A DNA stretch of 64,000 bases from an uncultured Bacilli bacterium (GTDB taxonomy: Bacteria; Bacillota_I; Bacilli_A; RFN20; CAG-449): contig CANQTY010000003.1 of NCBI GenBank assembly GCA_947626895.1, forward strand, positions 1,763-65,762, in the 5' to 3' direction. Position 1 is the first letter of the stretch, and the number at the start of each line of letters is the position of its first letter. The position numbers were made by a program, and so were the translations under genes. Below are positions 11,308 through 21,541 of the stretch, one piece after another. Under the pieces are notes generated by a model that ran no database searches, was not told the DNA's origin, and saw only the letters and a list, made by a program, of their open reading frames with translations.

Positions 11308-12678
11308 ATGAATAAACAGACAAGAAAGTACATTTTATATATTTCGATTTTGCTTATCTTTTCAGGAATAGCAATGTATTTTGTCTTGAAAGATGATGCT
11401 TTAGAAATTTGGAAAACAATTACATCATCAGATTATCGTTTTATTTTAATCGGATGTGGTTTATTTCTTGTCTCTTTAATTCTAAATGGTCTATTTCTTG
11501 TCTCATTAACACGATTTTATAATCGAAATTTTAAATTAAGACAAGGAATTGCTAATCATATGATTGGTCAATTCTTTTCAGGAATTACTCCTTCTTCTTC
11601 AGGAGGTCAATTTGTCCAAGCCTATACTTTTACAAAACAAGGTGTTGGAGTTTCTCAAGCGGCCTCGATTTTATTCATGGCATTTATCATTCGTCAAACC
11701 GTCGCCGTCCTTTTTAGCGCTATTACATTTCCTTTAAGATTTGCCCAAATGATGGGAATTACTCAAACGATTAATATCTTAGGCATTGATTTTAATTTAA
11801 TTATGCTTTCGGCCTTGGGATTTGTGATTAATGTGTTTATATTACTTGGTCTTTTCTTTTTAGCCTTTTTTAAACCATTGCATCATTTTGTAGTGCATAA
11901 TGTCATTGGCTTTTTAAAAAAGATTCATGTTTATTCTGAAGAAAAAGCACAAAGAAAAATTCAAGAAATCGATACCAAAGTGGCTACATTTCGTATTGAA
12001 TTAAAACGTTTATTAACAAACTGGAAGATTTTATTACTAAGCATTTTAATCGCCTTTTTAGACGTAATTGTTTATAATTCTTATCCGTATGTGATGGGAA
12101 TGGCTGTTCATGCAGAAGTAACAGGATCTTATCTTGATGCTTTATGTATGTCGAACTTTTTAAGCTTAATTACGATGATGATTCCTATTCCAGGCGCGGC
12201 AGGCGGCGCAGAGCTTGTCTTCCAATTTATGTTTTCTAACTTCATGGGAGGTTCCCCTCAATACGTGAATTCTATCAATTTATTATGGAGATTCTTCACT
12301 TTCTACTTAGGGGTATTTCTTGGTGCATTAGTTTTTATCTTCTATCGAGGATCACCAAAGAAAGAAGCTATGGCAATCGACAGAAAAGCTTTCTTAGATG
12401 TCGAAGTTTTATCTTTAACTCAAGAACTTCATTTTGAAATGAATCAATCCGATTTAATTGAAAAAGAAGTTCCACAGGATAATAAAACAAAAGGAAAGAG
12501 GAGTCGTAAAAAATATCGACCTAGTGTCATGGATGATGAAGAAAGTGTCGAAGAACACTTTGCGCATTTAAAGCAAGAACTACAACCCCAATTTGATTCA
12601 AATGAAGAAATTTTATTAAAAGAAGATGAGATTAAAGAAGAAAATCTTGAAAATAATGAAGATAAAAAGGAGTCTTAA
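11308..12678 (+). CDS. UPF0104 / lysylphosphatidylglycerol-synthase-TM-like (flippase-like) membrane protein
   Basis: About 8 TM segments. Family resemblance and conserved pairing with a downstream GT4 glycosyltransferase. Confidence 0.6.
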   Translation: MNKQTRKYILYISILLIFSGIAMYFVLKDDALEIWKTITSSDYRFILIGCGLFLVSLILNGLFLVSLTRFYNRNFKLRQGIANHMIGQFFSGITPSSSGGQFVQAYTFTKQGVGVSQAASILFMAFIIRQTVAVLFSAITFPLRFAQMMGITQTINILGIDFNLIMLSALGFVINVFILLGLFFLAFFKPLHHFVVHNVIGFLKKIHVYSEEKAQRKIQEIDTKVATFRIELKRLLTNWKILLLSILIAFLDVIVYNSYPYVMGMAVHAEVTGSYLDALCMSNFLSLITMMIPIPGAAGGAELVFQFMFSNFMGGSPQYVNSINLLWRFFTFYLGVFLGALVFIFYRGSPKKEAMAIDRKAFLDVEVLSLTQELHFEMNQSDLIEKEVPQDNKTKGKRSRKKYRPSVMDDEESVEEHFAHLKQELQPQFDSNEEILLKEDEIKEENLENNEDKKES

Positions 12679-12679
12679 T

Positions 12680-13855
12680 ATGATGAAGATTGGTTTATTT
12701 GTCGATGCTTATGTTCCAGAAATCAATGGTGTAGTGACCTCTACAAAGACTCTTTTTGATGCCTTTAGAGCTCACGGATATGATATTTACGTCATTACTA
12801 CCAATCCTTTTGATAAAACTTTAATGATTAAAGATAATGTGATTCGTATTCCTGGAATTGAATTAAAAAAACTCTATGGTTATCGTGCTTGTTGGATTTA
12901 TAATCGCAAGGCTGTTAATATCATTAAAAGCTTACATTTAGATGTCATTCATGTTCAAACCGAGGGAACCATCGGTATTTTTGCCCGAATTTTAGCTAAA
13001 CAATTTAATATTCCTATCGTCTATACTTATCATACGATGTATATAGATTATACTTATTATGTAACGAAAGGAATACTTGATCCGTTAGCCAAATCTCTTG
13101 TGAAAAGATTATCAAAAGTTTTAGCAAATGCTTCAACAGAATTTATTACTACTTCGGAAAAAACCAAAAAAGCATTACGTTCTTATGGAATTCAAAAATA
13201 TATCCATGTGATTCCAAATGGTATTGATATGGCGCAATATGATAAATCTCCTTTTAAAGAAGAAGATTTTATAGAATACCGCAAAGAACACGGATATGAA
13301 GATACTTTTTTACTTCTTTCCGTGGGAAGAATTGCAAAAGAAAAATCTCTTGATGTCTGTTTAAAAGAATATGCCGAGTTTTTAAAAGATAAACCTACAA
13401 AAAAGACGAAGTTTTTAATCGTGGGAGATGGGCCCGCAAAAGAGGAATTAGAAAATTTATGTGTGCAATTAGGCATATTAGATCATGTAGAATTTGTCGG
13501 CAAAGTTAGCCATGAAATGACTTCATTTTATTATAATTTATGTGACTTATATATTTCTGCATCGACTTCAGAAACTCAAGGGTTAACTTTTATTGAAGCA
13601 ATGGCATCTTCACTTTTAGTCATCTGCCAATATGATGATAATTTAAATGATGTAGTTATTGATGGAAAAACAGGATTTTTCTTCTATTCAGAAAAAGAAT
13701 GCCATAATTTATTGAAAAGAGTGATTGAAATGAGTCCTGAAGAAAAGGCAAGAATTGCTAAAAATGGGCATGATCATGTACAAAAATATTCTGTTGATAT
13801 CTTCTATGAATCAGTAAAGGAGGTGTATCATCGTGCCATCCGTTCGCGTTGGTAG
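12680..13855 (+). CDS. GT4 glycosyltransferase (likely diacylglycerol glucosyltransferase)
   Basis: N-terminal IGLFVDAYVPEINGV and C-terminal E-x7-E GT4 signature region. AAGGAG RBS. Confidence 0.8.
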   Translation: MMKIGLFVDAYVPEINGVVTSTKTLFDAFRAHGYDIYVITTNPFDKTLMIKDNVIRIPGIELKKLYGYRACWIYNRKAVNIIKSLHLDVIHVQTEGTIGIFARILAKQFNIPIVYTYHTMYIDYTYYVTKGILDPLAKSLVKRLSKVLANASTEFITTSEKTKKALRSYGIQKYIHVIPNGIDMAQYDKSPFKEEDFIEYRKEHGYEDTFLLLSVGRIAKEKSLDVCLKEYAEFLKDKPTKKTKFLIVGDGPAKEELENLCVQLGILDHVEFVGKVSHEMTSFYYNLCDLYISASTSETQGLTFIEAMASSLLVICQYDDNLNDVVIDGKTGFFFYSEKECHNLLKRVIEMSPEEKARIAKNGHDHVQKYSVDIFYESVKEVYHRAIRSRW

Positions 13856-14603
13856 AATTAAAAAAATTGAACATAAAAAGAAAGATATTATCATTTCCTT
13901 TGTTCATTTTGAACCTTTAAAAATTCATGAAGATACGTATATTGAATTCTATTTATATGAAGGAAAAGAAATCGATGAGAAAGAATATCGACAAATTGTA
14001 GCGCAAGAAGCGATATATAACGCAATGCAATATGCTAAAAAGATCTTAGCAAAAAAGATGTATACAGAATATGAAATGCGCCTTCGACTACAAAAAAAAG
14101 ATATCAAATATCATGAAATCAATAAAATCAACACTTCTTTAAAAGAGATGGGATTAATTAATGATGAAGAATATGCCTTAAATTATATTGAATCGAGAAA
14201 TAAAAAGAATATTGGTAATAATAAAATCAAACAAGAATTGAAAATCAAGGGGATTGATATTGATAAGTTTCATATAGATTTATCTAGTAATGAAGAAACT
14301 AAAGCTTATCAAAAAGGGCTTCTTGCATGGAATAAAAGAAAAAATTTATCTCATGAAAAACAAAAAGAAGGAGCTATTCAAGAACTGATTCGCAATGGAT
14401 ATTCTTTTGATTTAGCTCTTGATACGATTAAAAAAATCGCATCAAATGAAGAAAATGATGATGAAGAAGAGAAACTTTTAAATGAGTATGTTAAAATCAA
14501 AACAGTTACTTTAGATGAAGGAAAAATCTATAAAAAACTTAGAAATAAAGGATTTAAACATGAAGATATTGTTAAGATGATGAAAGGAGAAAAAAATGAT
14601 TAA
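13833..14603 (+). CDS. recX: Regulatory protein RecX
   Basis: Firmicute RecX pattern: I.KIE..KK... N-terminus, YA..L....MYTE.E.R..L and LIND..YA..Y three-repeat architecture. Confidence 0.6.
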   Translation: MPSVRVGRIKKIEHKKKDIIISFVHFEPLKIHEDTYIEFYLYEGKEIDEKEYRQIVAQEAIYNAMQYAKKILAKKMYTEYEMRLRLQKKDIKYHEINKINTSLKEMGLINDEEYALNYIESRNKKNIGNNKIKQELKIKGIDIDKFHIDLSSNEETKAYQKGLLAWNKRKNLSHEKQKEGAIQELIRNGYSFDLALDTIKKIASNEENDDEEEKLLNEYVKIKTVTLDEGKIYKKLRNKGFKHEDIVKMMKGEKND

Positions 14604-15531
14604 ATATATTAACAAATGGGTTGTCGGAGATAAGATTGATAATGATCTTTTAATCAATACGGCGACAAGAAATACCGCAAATAATGGAATCCCCTATTTA
14701 ACTTTAATTTTACAAGATAAATCTTCCGTTATTGAAGCAAAAAAATGGGAAATTAATGAGAATGATTTAGCGATTGCTGTCCCAGGAACTGTCGTACACT
14801 TTATCGGGGATGTAATTGATTATCGTGGTTCTATTCAACTTCGTATCACCTCGATGCAATCCGTCATACAATCCACGGTAGATTATACGCGTTTCTGCCT
14901 AGAATCCCCAATTCCAACCGAAGAATTAGAAAGAAAATTAAAAAATTATATCGCTGAAATTCAAAATGAAGATTGTAAAGAAATTATTCGTCGTGTTATG
15001 GAAAGACATTATAATGATTTTATTATTTTTCCCGCAGCGGTAAAAAATCACCATGAATACGCTTCAGGATTATTAAGCCATACAGTAGAAATGTTAGATT
15101 TAGCATCTGCAATTCAAAATATCCATAAAGAAATTGATCGTGATTTATTATTAACAGGCGTGATTCTTCATGATGTTGGAAAAACCATTGAATTTAATGG
15201 ACCTATCGCTACTAGATATACTACTGAAGGAAGGTTACTCGGTCATATTTCTATCATGGCCGCGGAAATAAAAGAAATCGCTGATCAAGCAAATATCCAT
15301 TCAGATATTCCTTTATATCTTGAGCATATGATTCTTTCTCATCATGGAGAGCAAGAATTTGGTTCCCCTGTTTGCCCTATGACTCTCGAAGCCTTTGTTT
15401 TGCACTTTGTCGATGACTTTGATGCCAAAATTACAATGATTAATAAAGCTCTTCAATGCACAAAAGAAGGGGAATTTTCCCAACGTTTAATCGCTTTAAA
15501 TAATATCGCTTTTTATAAAATGAAAAAATAG
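14596..15531 (+). CDS. yhaM: 3'-5' exoribonuclease YhaM (OB-fold + HD domain)
   Basis: N-terminal OB fold (NNGIPYLTLILQDKSSVIEAKKW) followed by an HD domain (HTVEM..., ILHDVGK). Confidence 0.8.
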   Translation: MIKYINKWVVGDKIDNDLLINTATRNTANNGIPYLTLILQDKSSVIEAKKWEINENDLAIAVPGTVVHFIGDVIDYRGSIQLRITSMQSVIQSTVDYTRFCLESPIPTEELERKLKNYIAEIQNEDCKEIIRRVMERHYNDFIIFPAAVKNHHEYASGLLSHTVEMLDLASAIQNIHKEIDRDLLLTGVILHDVGKTIEFNGPIATRYTTEGRLLGHISIMAAEIKEIADQANIHSDIPLYLEHMILSHHGEQEFGSPVCPMTLEAFVLHFVDDFDAKITMINKALQCTKEGEFSQRLIALNNIAFYKMKK

Positions 15532-15552
15532 ATTTAAATGATGCATTTTGTT

Positions 15553-16752
15553 TTAATAGTTTTCTTTTAATAAGAAATCAGCAATATACATAATTTCAAT
15601 TCCATTTTCATTTCCTTTAGAAAGAACATCATTAGTCACTACATACTTATGATAATGATTTTTAATTTCCATTAGATTAGCTATTTCTCGATTTGAAGTT
15701 TCAGGTATTTCTTTACATACTTGAACATATATTTTTTCATTTCTTCTAATTCCTATAAAATCTATTTCTTTATCATAATATTTACCAATATAGACTTCAT
15801 ATCCCCTTCTTTTAAGTTCGAGAAAAACAATATTTTCAAGCATTGAAGAAATCATAGATGTTTCAAAACATAATTTAGAATATTTAAGGGAGATATCGGA
15901 TAAATAATATTTTTCTTGAGTTTTTAAAATAGATTTTCCTTGAATATCATAACGGTTACATGGATAGATTATAAAAGCATCTGTTAACCATTTAAGATAA
16001 TTATAAATCGTTTCAGAAGATAAGTTTCTTTTTTCATTTTTTAAAAATTTGACGATTGCATTTGCTGAAAATGTTTTACCTACATTTTCAATAACATATT
16101 TTACAACACGATCAAATAAATCTTTATTTCTAATTTTATGTCGCTTTGATATATCTCTTGTAATCACCGTTGAATAAATACCATCGACAATTTGATAACA
16201 TGTATCAGTATCAAAATTACTGATACCAATTAAGGGGAATCCTCCAAATTGTAAATATTCATCAAACATATTTTTTAAGTTTTCATTTTCTTTGTTTTTA
16301 AATAATAAATATTCTTTGAAAGATAATGTATATATGGGAATTGAAACATAACGACCAGATAAATATGTGGATATTTCACTAGCCATCAGTTTTGAATTAG
16401 AACCTGTTACATAAATATCAACATTATAATTTTCTAAAAGATCATTAATCACTTTTTCAAATCCTTCAATTTCTTGTAATTCATCTAAAAATAAATAATA
16501 TTTATGGTCATCTAAAAAACAGTTAATTAAATCTTCATACATTTCTATATTGGACATATTATCATATTGCATTTTAGAATAGCTTCTAGTAATGATATAT
16601 TTTTCATCGATATGTTGGTTATTAATTAGTTCATTTTCAATCATTTTTAAAATGGTAGATTTTCCTGATCTTCTGACACCAGATAATATTTTTACTAAAG
16701 GAACATCTATAAATTTTTTAATTTCATTCATATAGTCAGGTCTAAGAATCAT
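15553..16752 (-). CDS. AAA_14/DUF4143 family ATPase (paralog 1)
   Basis: Walker A GVRRSGKST, YVTGSNS and a C-terminal DUF4143 region. GGAGG RBS supports the start at 16752. Confidence 0.75.
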   Translation of the reverse strand: MILRPDYMNEIKKFIDVPLVKILSGVRRSGKSTILKMIENELINNQHIDEKYIITRSYSKMQYDNMSNIEMYEDLINCFLDDHKYYLFLDELQEIEGFEKVINDLLENYNVDIYVTGSNSKLMASEISTYLSGRYVSIPIYTLSFKEYLLFKNKENENLKNMFDEYLQFGGFPLIGISNFDTDTCYQIVDGIYSTVITRDISKRHKIRNKDLFDRVVKYVIENVGKTFSANAIVKFLKNEKRNLSSETIYNYLKWLTDAFIIYPCNRYDIQGKSILKTQEKYYLSDISLKYSKLCFETSMISSMLENIVFLELKRRGYEVYIGKYYDKEIDFIGIRRNEKIYVQVCKEIPETSNREIANLMEIKNHYHKYVVTNDVLSKGNENGIEIMYIADFLLKENY

Positions 16753-16897
16753 ATAAAAAGCCTCCATCTATAAATATGATGCCAAAAAACTTTCATAAAT
16801 ACAATACTTTTTACTTCTATATCGAAAAAAGTCCTTAAATATATAAAGTTTTTTCGCTTTAATAAAAAATTCAAATTATTTCTCTACAAAAGAACCA

Positions 16898-16935
16898 TAA
16901 GAAAAACTACTAGGGTATTGAACTAGTAGTTTTCT
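16898..16935 (-). terminator. Rho-independent terminator downstream of HIT gene
   Basis: 11-bp stem AAAACTACTAG/CTAGTAGTTTT, loop 9, T-run on the minus strand. Confidence 0.55.
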
Positions 16936-16953
16936 CTAAAGGAATATATTTGA

Positions 16954-17391
16954 TTACTTGCGGTTTTCTAAATTAATAGATATGTCGTTTGCAATCTTGG
17001 GAAGATTGAGCTTTCCAATTTCACGAGGAATAAAATCAATACGGATAGAATCCTCATTTGAATAACGGGGAATCACATGGACATGAAAATGCATGATGGT
17101 TTGACCTGCAATTTCATTTGTATTGACTAAAATATTTACCCCTTTTGCACCTAAACCTGCGACTAAGGCCTGAGCGATTTTTTGTGCTGCTGCAAAGACC
17201 TTACCAACTAAATCTTTAGGAACATATAAGAAATTATCAAAATGTTCTTTGGGAATTACTAAAGTGTGTCCAATGGTGGTTTGAGAGATATCTAAAAACG
17301 CTAAAACATCTTCGTCTTCATACACTTTGGTGCAAGGAATTTCTCCCTTTACAATTTTGCAAAATAAACAATTATCAACGCTACGTATCAT
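16954..17391 (-). CDS. HIT-family (histidine triad) hydrolase
   Basis: CLFCKI... N-terminus and the HFHVHVIPR histidine triad. Confidence 0.85.
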   Translation of the reverse strand: MIRSVDNCLFCKIVKGEIPCTKVYEDEDVLAFLDISQTTIGHTLVIPKEHFDNFLYVPKDLVGKVFAAAQKIAQALVAGLGAKGVNILVNTNEIAGQTIMHFHVHVIPRYSNEDSIRIDFIPREIGKLNLPKIANDISINLENRK

Positions 17392-17404
17392 AGTTTACCT
17401 CTTT

Positions 17405-17436
17405 CGTATAAAAAGAGATTGCAAGAAGCAATCTCC
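17405..17436 (-). terminator. Rho-independent terminator after lipoprotein gene
   Basis: GAGATTGC/GCAATCTC 8-bp stem, followed on the minus strand by TTTTTATAC. Confidence 0.5.
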
Positions 17437-17445
17437 TATTCATTT

Positions 17446-19146
17446 TTATTCGTCTTCCTCAAAGATATCAGGATATGTGGTTTCTAAATAGCTATAGAAA
17501 TCATCATCGTGATAGGCGATATTATATTCTTTGAAGTAATGAATTAAGGCATCTTGTTGATAGGAACTATTTTCACCAAGAATCTTTGCAATTTCAATGG
17601 CTTTTGCTTTTTTCGCAGTATCTGTTCCATCTTGATCTCCTCCACTGAGGTCTGCAGTAGAATAATCGTATTGATCTACTAAGACGACAAAGTAACGCGA
17701 GGAATCTGCATCATAATGATATAGATTTGCAGCTTGAGAAATACAAGAAGCAGTATCCGTACAAACTAAGTTCTTAGTTGTTTCTTCCCCTTCATCATCA
17801 CTTGTAGAACCTGGATTGATTTTCTTTTCAGGCATCAAGAAGGTGGTTTTACCAACGGTGACTAAGTTATTAGCAACATTCATAGAGAAGAGTCTGCTAC
17901 GAATGGAAGATGGCAAATTAGTTAACCCATTCTTTTCAACGAAGAAATCGTCTTCGACTAAATCATCAATTAAGATTTCTCTTTTTGCAAGTGTAACACC
18001 CCAGTCTACTGGATAAGCATAACTACCTGTATATTTTGAAAGAGTATCGGTAATGGTAGCATTATCTAAATCAAGACCTTCTTTTAAAGTATAGGAATCA
18101 TTTCCTTCTAAATCGGTTGATTTTGTGGCAATCTTATCTAAATCCTCATCGATTGCGGTAGCACGTGTATAAAGTTTTTCGCCAGAAATATTGGTTTTAG
18201 TTCCTTCTTTTGTTCCATCAATAAAATCTTTTTCTTTGATGGCTTGAGGATCTTCATCATCTTCCCAAACGCCTTTCCAAATATTAGCAATGGAATCAAC
18301 AGAGAAGTTATAATGTCCATCGCTATCGGCTGTACCTGGGAAATAAGTAGCAGCATCATTTGCTCCACTTGTTTCAGCATATAAGAAGCCACCAATATAG
18401 TTATTAATTGTACGGATAGCAGCGGTTTTATCTTTAATGGAAGAATTATCAAGTTCGACAATTCTTACATTTCTTGCCGCGGCACGTCCTAAGACTTTAT
18501 ATTTATTTTGATATAAATATTTTGCAGTTAATAATCTTTTATAAATTACAGGAGCGACGACTTTATAACGGTAATCTTTATAACGTTCTCTACCATTTTC
18601 TGGGAATAATTCATCAAATGTTAAATCTGGAACGAGTAATAAATCTTCACCAAAGTTTTCGTTTAAGGCTTCATTATCGTGGTCTAATACGGTATATAAA
18701 GCATCTCTTTGTTCACGAGCAAATTTTTCTTCTTGGAAATAGGAATTTTTTGTATAACCTCCTCCATAGACAAGATCGACCATATAATCATCCATTAATT
18801 TTTGGAATTCTTCTTCTGAATCATCTCCTAAAAATTTAACAGAATTTAAGGAAGGATAACTTAACTTATCTAAATCGGCTTTTTCTGGGTCACTAGAAGA
18901 AACACCAATTTCACGTTTTGCTATTTGGCTAACGAGATGATCAACAATCGTGGAGTTAGAAGAACCAGCATCCACTAAGGCATCATAGAGATCTGTAAAT
19001 TCATTATTATAGATTTCTTCAACACCAGAATTACCACTTACATCAACAAGTGGATCACTAACATAATTTGGTTTTGCTTCTATTTCTGTGGAACATCCAA
19101 CTAATAGAGCTGCAGCTAAGACTGCAAGTAAATTTCTCTTTTTCAT
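17446..19146 (-). CDS. Lipoprotein, function unknown
   Basis: Signal peptide plus lipobox LLVGCS. Acidic 540-aa mature domain. Confidence 0.6.
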   Translation of the reverse strand: MKKRNLLAVLAAALLVGCSTEIEAKPNYVSDPLVDVSGNSGVEEIYNNEFTDLYDALVDAGSSNSTIVDHLVSQIAKREIGVSSSDPEKADLDKLSYPSLNSVKFLGDDSEEEFQKLMDDYMVDLVYGGGYTKNSYFQEEKFAREQRDALYTVLDHDNEALNENFGEDLLLVPDLTFDELFPENGRERYKDYRYKVVAPVIYKRLLTAKYLYQNKYKVLGRAAARNVRIVELDNSSIKDKTAAIRTINNYIGGFLYAETSGANDAATYFPGTADSDGHYNFSVDSIANIWKGVWEDDEDPQAIKEKDFIDGTKEGTKTNISGEKLYTRATAIDEDLDKIATKSTDLEGNDSYTLKEGLDLDNATITDTLSKYTGSYAYPVDWGVTLAKREILIDDLVEDDFFVEKNGLTNLPSSIRSRLFSMNVANNLVTVGKTTFLMPEKKINPGSTSDDEGEETTKNLVCTDTASCISQAANLYHYDADSSRYFVVLVDQYDYSTADLSGGDQDGTDTAKKAKAIEIAKILGENSSYQQDALIHYFKEYNIAYHDDDFYSYLETTYPDIFEEDE

Positions 19147-19158
19147 CTATGTTACCTC

Positions 19159-20928
19159 CTATTTAGCATCCTGATAATTGGCATCAAATTTCAATTCCTT
19201 AATATTATTTAGCGCAATCTTTGTTCCTTCAAATTCTTTTTGAGTGATAAGTTTACGTAAATAAGCTTCCCAACTATCTTCATAATTATCTTTTCTAGAT
19301 AAAGCACTTTGTGCACGAGTAGAAGAGATATAAGTATTGATACTATTTGCAATTCGATCATCTAATTTAACGGTATATCCTTGATTCTTTAAATCGTCTT
19401 GGATTTTTTCATAGAATCTAAAGCGAATGTTCGAATCATAAGATTTAATCGCGGATTCGATTTCACCAGCACGATCAGAATAATCACCACGTTGTGAATC
19501 GATGAAGGTTACATAACGTTTATCTTTCGAAATATCAGCATTGGTTCTTGGAACATTGATAGAATAATATTTTAATTCTTGTTCAACAGAATATGTATAT
19601 CCTTCTTTACCAAGATTTTCTTCATTGACGAGAGGAGAATTTTCAATCAAAATGAAGTGAATACCTTGATAACCAGAATCACCACTTCCTGTTCCAGCTC
19701 TAGTAACTAAAATTGGTCTACCATTTTCATCACATAAGATGTCATCTTTTTTCTCATTAGATTGAGAAAGATTATCAAAATGTTTGAAGTTTTCATTATT
19801 AACGACAGATTCTGCTTCACCACGAACGATGAAACTTAAACCATGATTATTGAAATAGTAATTAAATAAGATATTTCTTGGATAATAAGTTTCTTTACCA
19901 TCTTTTACATTGGCACCATCAATATCTTTGGTTGTTTCTGCATATTGTAATAATTGATCTGCGACAGAATATGGAATGTATTTTACACAGCTATCCATAA
20001 CATCTTTAGCATTTACAGAATTCGTATCATTATCAGAAACTCTTACTTTTTCAGGAATTCCAAGTGTTGCTGCGCCATCCGTAACGTTTCCATTATGGTA
20101 GGCATCAAATTGGAAGACACCAAACTTAAATTCATCGACATAACCTGTAGTTCTACCCATGATTTCATTTAAAGAACCAAAGGAGCTAACAGAACCATCA
20201 TCAGAATAAGATTGAGCAACTTGACCATAAGTAATGGATGGACTTGCTAAGTCTTTAATGGTGTTGGCTAATTTCTTTGCTTCATCCGCGGAAATGGTTT
20301 GAGCAGCGGGTAAGAATGAATCACCAGATGAGCTAACCTTTACTAAGATATGGCGAATATGATATGGATTTTCATTTTTAATAAATTCTTTAGAAAGATA
20401 ATATTGAGAAAATTGATTTTCATTTTCAGAAGCAGTAATAGAATCAGTCATCGTTCCTTCAAAGATTTGATTTTCATAATAGTCATCTTCAAATTTAGAC
20501 TTTTGCAAATTCAATTCTTTAATTTTAGATAAGTCTGATAAATCATCTGCATTATTACTTTCTAATAATTTTGAAAGCTCTTCATTGTATGTAGTGCCAT
20601 TGGTGGATGCATTATCATTTGCATCTTGTTGAATTTCCGCGACTTGAGTAGCTACTTCATTGGAAATTTCTTGAGTAATAGGTACTCCCTTGCGGATTAA
20701 AACATTGTATACGGCATCAAACGCTGCGGAAGCACCTGAAGTTGTAGATAGGTATTTTCCGAATAAATCATTTGCTGTATATGTTTCTTTAGAACCGTCA
20801 TTTTCAATACTGACGATAACTTGCTCTCCATCGATTTCTAAAGCTGTGGTGTTTTGTGAACAACCCGCAAGAGAAACTAGCGACATAAGCGCTGCACAAG
20901 AGAGAGCAACATAATGTTTTTTGTTCAT
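19159..20928 (-). CDS. Lipoprotein, possible PrsA/parvulin-like domain
   Basis: Lipobox SLAGCS. The internal segment NPYHIRHILVK resembles the start of a PpiC PPIase domain (weak). Confidence 0.55.
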   Translation of the reverse strand: MNKKHYVALSCAALMSLVSLAGCSQNTTALEIDGEQVIVSIENDGSKETYTANDLFGKYLSTTSGASAAFDAVYNVLIRKGVPITQEISNEVATQVAEIQQDANDNASTNGTTYNEELSKLLESNNADDLSDLSKIKELNLQKSKFEDDYYENQIFEGTMTDSITASENENQFSQYYLSKEFIKNENPYHIRHILVKVSSSGDSFLPAAQTISADEAKKLANTIKDLASPSITYGQVAQSYSDDGSVSSFGSLNEIMGRTTGYVDEFKFGVFQFDAYHNGNVTDGAATLGIPEKVRVSDNDTNSVNAKDVMDSCVKYIPYSVADQLLQYAETTKDIDGANVKDGKETYYPRNILFNYYFNNHGLSFIVRGEAESVVNNENFKHFDNLSQSNEKKDDILCDENGRPILVTRAGTGSGDSGYQGIHFILIENSPLVNEENLGKEGYTYSVEQELKYYSINVPRTNADISKDKRYVTFIDSQRGDYSDRAGEIESAIKSYDSNIRFRFYEKIQDDLKNQGYTVKLDDRIANSINTYISSTRAQSALSRKDNYEDSWEAYLRKLITQKEFEGTKIALNNIKELKFDANYQDAK

Positions 20929-21167
20929 AAAGAATTCCTCCTCTAACTAAAAAATATAGCACGATTATTTTAACTTATTAGAATACGTATTTTCAAGAAA
21001 AAAATCGCTTTAATTAAATTCTATTTAATTATTAATACACACGCGCGCGAAATAGGCGTTTTTTGGGCACCCTTTTGGGCGGATTTATCTATTTTTTCAT
21101 CATTTTAGGTTCCAAAAAAAAGAAACAACATAGTATATCGTGAAAACAAAGGAGGTCAATAAACTAT

Positions 21168-21290
21168 ATGAATCCTATGTCTAATAGCTGTGGTAATTCA
21201 TCTTGTGGATGTGGAAATAGCTTTTTTGCCTATATACTCATTTTGTTTATCCTAATTGCTATCATCGGTTGTTATTGTCAATGTTATTAA
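21168..21290 (+). CDS. Tiny Cys/Gly-rich TM peptide (tiny_TM_bacill / YjcZ-like), 40 aa
   Basis: MNPMSNSCGNSSCGCGNSFFAYILILFILIAIIGCYCQCY. GGAGG RBS 7 nt upstream. Absent from the ORF track because it is under 60 aa. Confidence 0.6.
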   Translation: MNPMSNSCGNSSCGCGNSFFAYILILFILIAIIGCYCQCY

Positions 21291-21306
21291 AAGGAGGTGC
21301 ATCTAG

Positions 21307-21408
21307 ATGAATACGAACTCTACATTTGCGATTATTCTCGTCTTATTTATCCTTCTGGTCATCGTCGGTTGCGGCGGATGGTTCGGAAATTGTGGCTGCG
21401 GCTGCTAA
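21307..21408 (+). CDS. Tiny Cys/Gly-rich TM peptide (tiny_TM_bacill / YjcZ-like), 33 aa
   Basis: MNTNSTFAIILVLFILLVIVGCGGWFGNCGCGC closely matches the family core FALIVVLFILLIIVG. GGAGG RBS. Confidence 0.65.
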   Translation: MNTNSTFAIILVLFILLVIVGCGGWFGNCGCGC

Positions 21409-21423
21409 TAAAGGGTTTTAGGG

Positions 21424-21450
21424 GCAAAGATCATCTTTGCTCTTTTTGTT
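21424..21450 (+). terminator. Rho-independent terminator after tiny peptide pair
   Basis: GCAAAG/CTTTGC stem followed by TCTTTTTGTTT. Confidence 0.5.
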
Positions 21451-21541
21451 TCATGAAGTTTCACGAATTCAAAAAACTTATTGATTGAAATTGTACTCAC
21501 TTTAAATTTAGAGTAGAATAATAAGGCTTGAGGTGACTTTT

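Noticed and set aside
21039-21082. GC-rich patch (CACGCGCGCGAAATAGGCG...GGGCACCCTTTTGGGCGG) in a divergent intergenic region.
   Set aside because: No convincing hairpin or known riboswitch pattern. It is probably promoter or UP-element context. Kept as a note only.
21297-21488. 63-aa ORF MHLDEYELYICDYSRL...
   Set aside because: Alternative frame overlapping the second tiny Cys-rich peptide gene. That peptide gene has a perfect GGAGG RBS and a family-typical sequence.
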